A stretch of DNA of 61,988 nt, counting the filler, from Chthonomonadaceae bacterium (GTDB lineage: Bacteria > Armatimonadota > Chthonomonadetes > Chthonomonadales > Chthonomonadaceae), in NCBI GenBank assembly GCA_035650735.1. It is 4 parts of 4 records of this genome, joined end to end, with 100 filler letters (N's around TTAATTAATTAA, not from the genome) between each part and the next. Parts side by side here need not be neighbours in the genome. Positions count along the whole stretch, not along the records: positions 53,677 to 61,988 come from DASRGZ010000214.1; 3 more parts are not named here. The stretch is one strand, 5' to 3'. Shown one piece after another: positions 58,904 through 61,988 of this stretch. The position numbers and the translations under genes were made by a program. How positions within the stretch are numbered: position 1 is the first letter of the stretch; each line of letters starts with the position of its first letter. The notes beneath the pieces were generated by a model. It ran no database searches and was not told where the DNA came from. It worked only from the letters and a program-made list of their open reading frames with translations.

Positions 58904-58948
58904 AAAGCCGCAGGCTTCCCCGACGCAGGAGGGGCGCTACCTTTGACC

Positions 58949-58977
58949 TTGACAGAAGAGGCGGGTTGTGTTAAAAT
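58949..58977 (+). promoter_or_regulatory. sigma70 promoter of tRNA-Arg(GCG)
   Basis: TTGACA-N17-TAAAAT with extended TG. Confidence 0.75.
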
Positions 58978-59069
58978 AGAGGGGAAAGAGGTTTCAATAG
59001 TCCAATTGGCAGGTTGAAGTCTGGAAAATTGGTCTGGTGAATAGTTGCAGCATAGTGCTGTGGACCTCT

Positions 59070-59142
59070 GCGCTCGTAGCTCAGCGGATAGAGCGACAGG
59101 TTGCGGACCTGTAGGCCGGGAGTTCAAGTCTCTCCGAGCGCA
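59070..59142 (+). tRNA. tRNA-Arg(GCG)
   Basis: GCGCTCG/CGAGCGC acceptor, GGATA D-loop (A20), ACAGG-TTGCGGA-CCTGT, GTTCAAGTC. Confidence 0.92.
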
Positions 59143-59272
59143 TGAATTCGTCTAGAAATCGAGAAACGCCCTTGTCTCTGCTCCGGCAAGCGGGGCGTTT
59201 CTTGGCTACAGGCCCTCTGCGGGAGCGCGGCATGGTTCCGTTCTCTGGCAGGCATCGCTGCTATCTATCCGT

Positions 59273-59345
59273 GCCCTCGTAGCTCAGTGGATAGAGCGCC
59301 TCCGTCCTAAGGAGGGCGTCGGGGGTTCGATTCCCTCCGAGGGCG
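59273..59345 (+). tRNA. tRNA-Arg(CCT)
   Basis: GCCCTCG/CGAGGGC acceptor, CCTCC-GTCCTAA-GGAGG, GGTTCGATTCC. Confidence 0.93.
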
Positions 59346-59390
59346 CTTCGCTGCTGCACAGCGTCTCCGGCATGCCGGAGTAGAAGCCCT

Positions 59391-59415
59391 GTTCGATTCC
59401 CTCCGAGGGCGCTTC
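59391..59415 (+). repeat. Direct 25-bp copy of tRNA-Arg(CCT) 3' end
   Basis: GTTCGATTCCCTCCGAGGGCGCTTC identical to 59325-59349. Confidence 0.9.
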
Positions 59416-59432
59416 ACTATGTTCGCCATCGC

Positions 59433-59519
59433 GGAGAGATGTCCGAGTGGTTTAAGGTGCGGCTCTCGAAAAGCCGTGAGGTGGCAACACCTCCGTGGGT
59501 TCGAATCCCACTCTCTCCG
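59433..59519 (+). tRNA. tRNA-Ser(CGA)
   Basis: GGAGAGA/TCTCTCC acceptor, CGGCT-CTCGAAA-AGCCG, long variable arm, GGTTCGAATCCC. Confidence 0.95.
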
Positions 59520-61988
59520 CTCCCCTCTTTCTTCCCGGAACAAACCCCCGCAGCCGCAGCGCGTTGGTGACTACCGACACGCTGCTCAATGCCATCGCCG
59601 CCGACGCGATCATCGGAGACAGCAGCCAGCCCGTCAGCGGGTAGAGCACGCCCGCCGCGATGGGGATGCCTAGCGTGTTATACCCGAACGCAAACAGCAG
59701 GTTCTGCTTGATGTTGCGCATGGTCGCCCGCGAGAGCGCGAGGGCGTCGGCCACACCGTTCAAATCGCCGCGCATCAGCGCCACGTCCGCCGCCTCGATG
59801 GCGATGTCCGTCCCCGTGCCGATGGCGATCCCCACGTCCGCCTGCGCCAAGGCCGGCGCGTCGTTGATGCCGTCGCCGACCATCGCCACGACCTGCGCTT
59901 CGGCCTGCAGCCGCTTGACCTCCTCGGCCTTATGCTCCGGCAGCACCTCGGCCAGCACGCGATCCACGCCGACCTGCCGCGCCACCGCCTCCGCCGTGCG
60001 CCGGTTGTCGCCGGTCAGCATCGCCACCGTCACGCCGTCCGCCTTAAGCCGCGCGATGGCTTCGCGGGCCGTCGGCTGGATGGGGTCAGCCACCGCGAGC
60101 AGGCCCGCGATCCGACCGTCTACGGCGACGAGCATCGTCGTCTTGCCCTCTGCGGAGAGCCGCGCCGCCTGCTCGTCGAGTTCCGCGCACCGAATGATTT
60201 TACGCTCGGCCAGCAATGCGGCGTTGCCCAGCAGCACCGTATGCGCGCCCACGCGCGCCTCGACCCCCCGCCCCGCAATCGCCTGGAACGCCTCCGCCGC
60301 CTCCGCTTGCAGACCGCGCTCCAGGGCGCCGGCCACAATCGCCGCCGCCAGCGGATGCTCGCTGCCCCGCTCTGCCGAGGCCGCCTGGCGCAGCAGTTCG
60401 TCCTTCGAGAAGCCGGGAAGAGCGATCACGTCCGTCAGAGACGGCTTGCCCTCCGTGATCGTGCCGGTCTTGTCGAGGATGACCGTATCCACCCGATGCA
60501 GCGTCTCCAGCGACTCGGCGTCTTTAATGAGCACGCCCATCTGCGCGCCGCGTCCCGTCCCGACCATGATGGCCGTCGGCGTCGCCAGGCCCAGGGCACA
60601 CGGGCAGGCGATGATCAGCACGGCGACAAAGGCGGTCAGCGCGTGCAGGAAGCGCGGCTCCGGCCCCAGGACGTACCAGCCGACGAAGGTTGCCACCGCC
60701 AGCATCAGCACCGCCGGCACGAAGTAACCCGTCACCACGTCGGCCAGCCGCTGGATCGGGGCGCGCGAGCCCTGCGCCTGCTCCACCAGCCGCACGATCT
60801 GGGCCAGCGCCGTGTCTCTGCCCACGCGCCGCGCCTCCATCGTAAAGGCCCCGCGCTGGTTCATCGTCGCGCCGAAGACGGTATCGCCCGCACGCTTCTC
60901 AACCGGCAGGCTCTCGCCCGTCAGCATACTCTCGTCCACCCAGGAAAAGCCGGAGAGGAGGACGCCGTCCACCGGGATCTTCTCACCGGGCCGCACCAGG
61001 ATAGAGTCGCCCACGCGCACCTCGGCAAGCGGAATATCCTGCTCTTTGCCGTCGCGGATCACGCGGGCCGTCTTGGGCTGAAGCCCCAGCAATTTCCGAA
61101 TGGCTGCGCCCGTGCTGCGCTTGGCCCGTGCCTCCAGCATCCGCCCCATAAGGATGAGCGTGATGATCACCGCCGCCGTCTCAAAATAGACTCCGGCGTT
61201 CAGGGCGTGCGCGACAAAGAAGCCCGGCGCGACCGTGACCGCCAGCGAATAGGCGTAGGCGGCGAAGGTGCCGACCGCGATCAGGGTGTTCATGTCACTG
61301 GAGCGCTGCTTCAACGCCCCCCATGCGCCCCGGAAGAAGCCGCTGCCCGCCCAGAACAGTACCGGCGTCGTCAGGATAAGCTGCGCCCAATTCCACCAGG
61401 GCTGCATCGTGAGATGCATTGGGAACAGGCCGATGTGCGGCCCCATGCCCAGGATCAGCACCGGCAGGGTCAACGCCAGCGCGACAATAAAGCGCCGCCG
61501 CAGTTCCTGCGCCTCGGAAGACGCCCCGGCGACCATCTCTTCCGCGTGCGCGCCGGGCCAACGGCTTTCGTCCAGCACCTGCGCCTCGTAGCCAACATCA
61601 TCCAGCGCGGCGACCAAGTCTTCCGGTTTCGCGGCGGCTGCGTCGAAGGTGACGGCGGCGCGCTCGGCCAGCAGGTTCACGTTCGCCTCTTTCACGCCCG
61701 GCACGCGCTCCAGCGCCTGCTCCACCCGACCGACGCAGGAGGCGCAGACCATGCCCTTCACGCGGAGGTCGCATCGCTCCAGGGCGGGCTGGGCTTGCGT
61801 GGGTACAGTCTCCGCCGCGTTCGGCTGGGCGGTGGGCGCCGCCTCCTCTGCCGGAAGCACCACTAACTGGCCGCGATACATATTCATGCCGCAGGCGAAC
61901 GTGTAGGTGCCCGGCTTATCCGGCGTAAACTCGACGATGGTAGTCTGGTAGGCCGGCAGTTCTCGGCTGATATGGAAATCCGGCAGCA
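59452..61988 (-). CDS. copA: Cu(I)-translocating P1B-type ATPase with N-terminal cupredoxin and HMA domains; 5' end beyond window
   Basis: FACGMNM cupredoxin, [41 protein letters not shown]. Confidence 0.94.
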   Translation of the reverse strand, partial: LPDFHISRELPAYQTTIVEFTPDKPGTYTFACGMNMYRGQLVVLPAEEAAPTAQPNAAETVPTQAQPALERCDLRVKGMVCASCVGRVEQALERVPGVKEANVNLLAERAAVTFDAAAAKPEDLVAALDDVGYEAQVLDESRWPGAHAEEMVAGASSEAQELRRRFIVALALTLPVLILGMGPHIGLFPMHLTMQPWWNWAQLILTTPVLFWAGSGFFRGAWGALKQRSSDMNTLIAVGTFAAYAYSLAVTVAPGFFVAHALNAGVYFETAAVIITLILMGRMLEARAKRSTGAAIRKLLGLQPKTARVIRDGKEQDIPLAEVRVGDSILVRPGEKIPVDGVLLSGFSWVDESMLTGESLPVEKRAGDTVFGATMNQRGAFTMEARRVGRDTALAQIVRLVEQAQGSRAPIQRLADVVTGYFVPAVLMLAVATFVGWYVLGPEPRFLHALTAFVAVLIIACPCALGLATPTAIMVGTGRGAQMGVLIKDAESLETLHRVDTVILDKTGTITEGKPSLTDVIALPGFSKDELLRQAASAERGSEHPLAAAIVAGALERGLQAEAAEAFQAIAGRGVEARVGAHTVLLGNAALLAERKIIRCAELDEQAARLSAEGKTTMLVAVDGRIAGLLAVADPIQPTAREAIARLKADGVTVAMLTGDNRRTAEAVARQVGVDRVLAEVLPEHKAEEVKRLQAEAQVVAMVGDGINDAPALAQADVGIAIGTGTDIAIEAADVALMRGDLNGVADALALSRATMRNIKQNLLFAFGYNTLGIPIAAGVLYPLTGWLLSPMIASAAMALSSVSVVTNALRLRGFVPGRKRGAERVGFEPTEVLPPHGFSRAAP

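Overview
GC-rich bacterial sequence made of four contigs (1-31705, 31806-46870, 46971-53576, 53677-61988) joined by artificial 100-nt N spacers carrying a TTAATTAATTAA six-frame stop linker, so adjacency across the gaps is not biological. Gene content (PEP-CTERM protein, SLH protein, HEAT protein with LLR-repeat tail, DUF6785-like membrane proteins) suggests Armatimonadota/Chthonomonas-like origin; this is inference. Contig 1 has a degraded IS4-like element inserted in a REP-like palindrome, topoisomerase IB, panD, several catabolic enzymes, a complete N-methylglutamate (methylamine) operon gmaS-mgsAB-mgdABCD-mgsC, and a PEP-CTERM protein behind a sigma54-type promoter whose caspase/legumain-like domain appears circularly permuted. 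Contig 2 has a Pho-box-led pstS-pstCA(fused)-BON lipoprotein-pstB-phoU-methylglyoxal synthase-phoB-phoR operon plus decaying accessory genes. Contig 3 has a truncated integrase at tRNA-Lys, purA with a long structured leader, and anmK. Contig 4 has a tRNA cluster (Arg-GCG, Arg-CCT, Ser-CGA) with an inverted copy of the tRNA-Arg(GCG) 3' half flanking its own promoter, and a cupredoxin-HMA Cu ATPase whose 3' end runs antisense into tRNA-Ser. Dispersed repeats include a 103-bp MITE with 6-bp TANNTA target duplications, REP-like families, and a ~45-bp modular structured unit stacked inside REP hairpins. All family assignments are by motif recognition; no searches were run.
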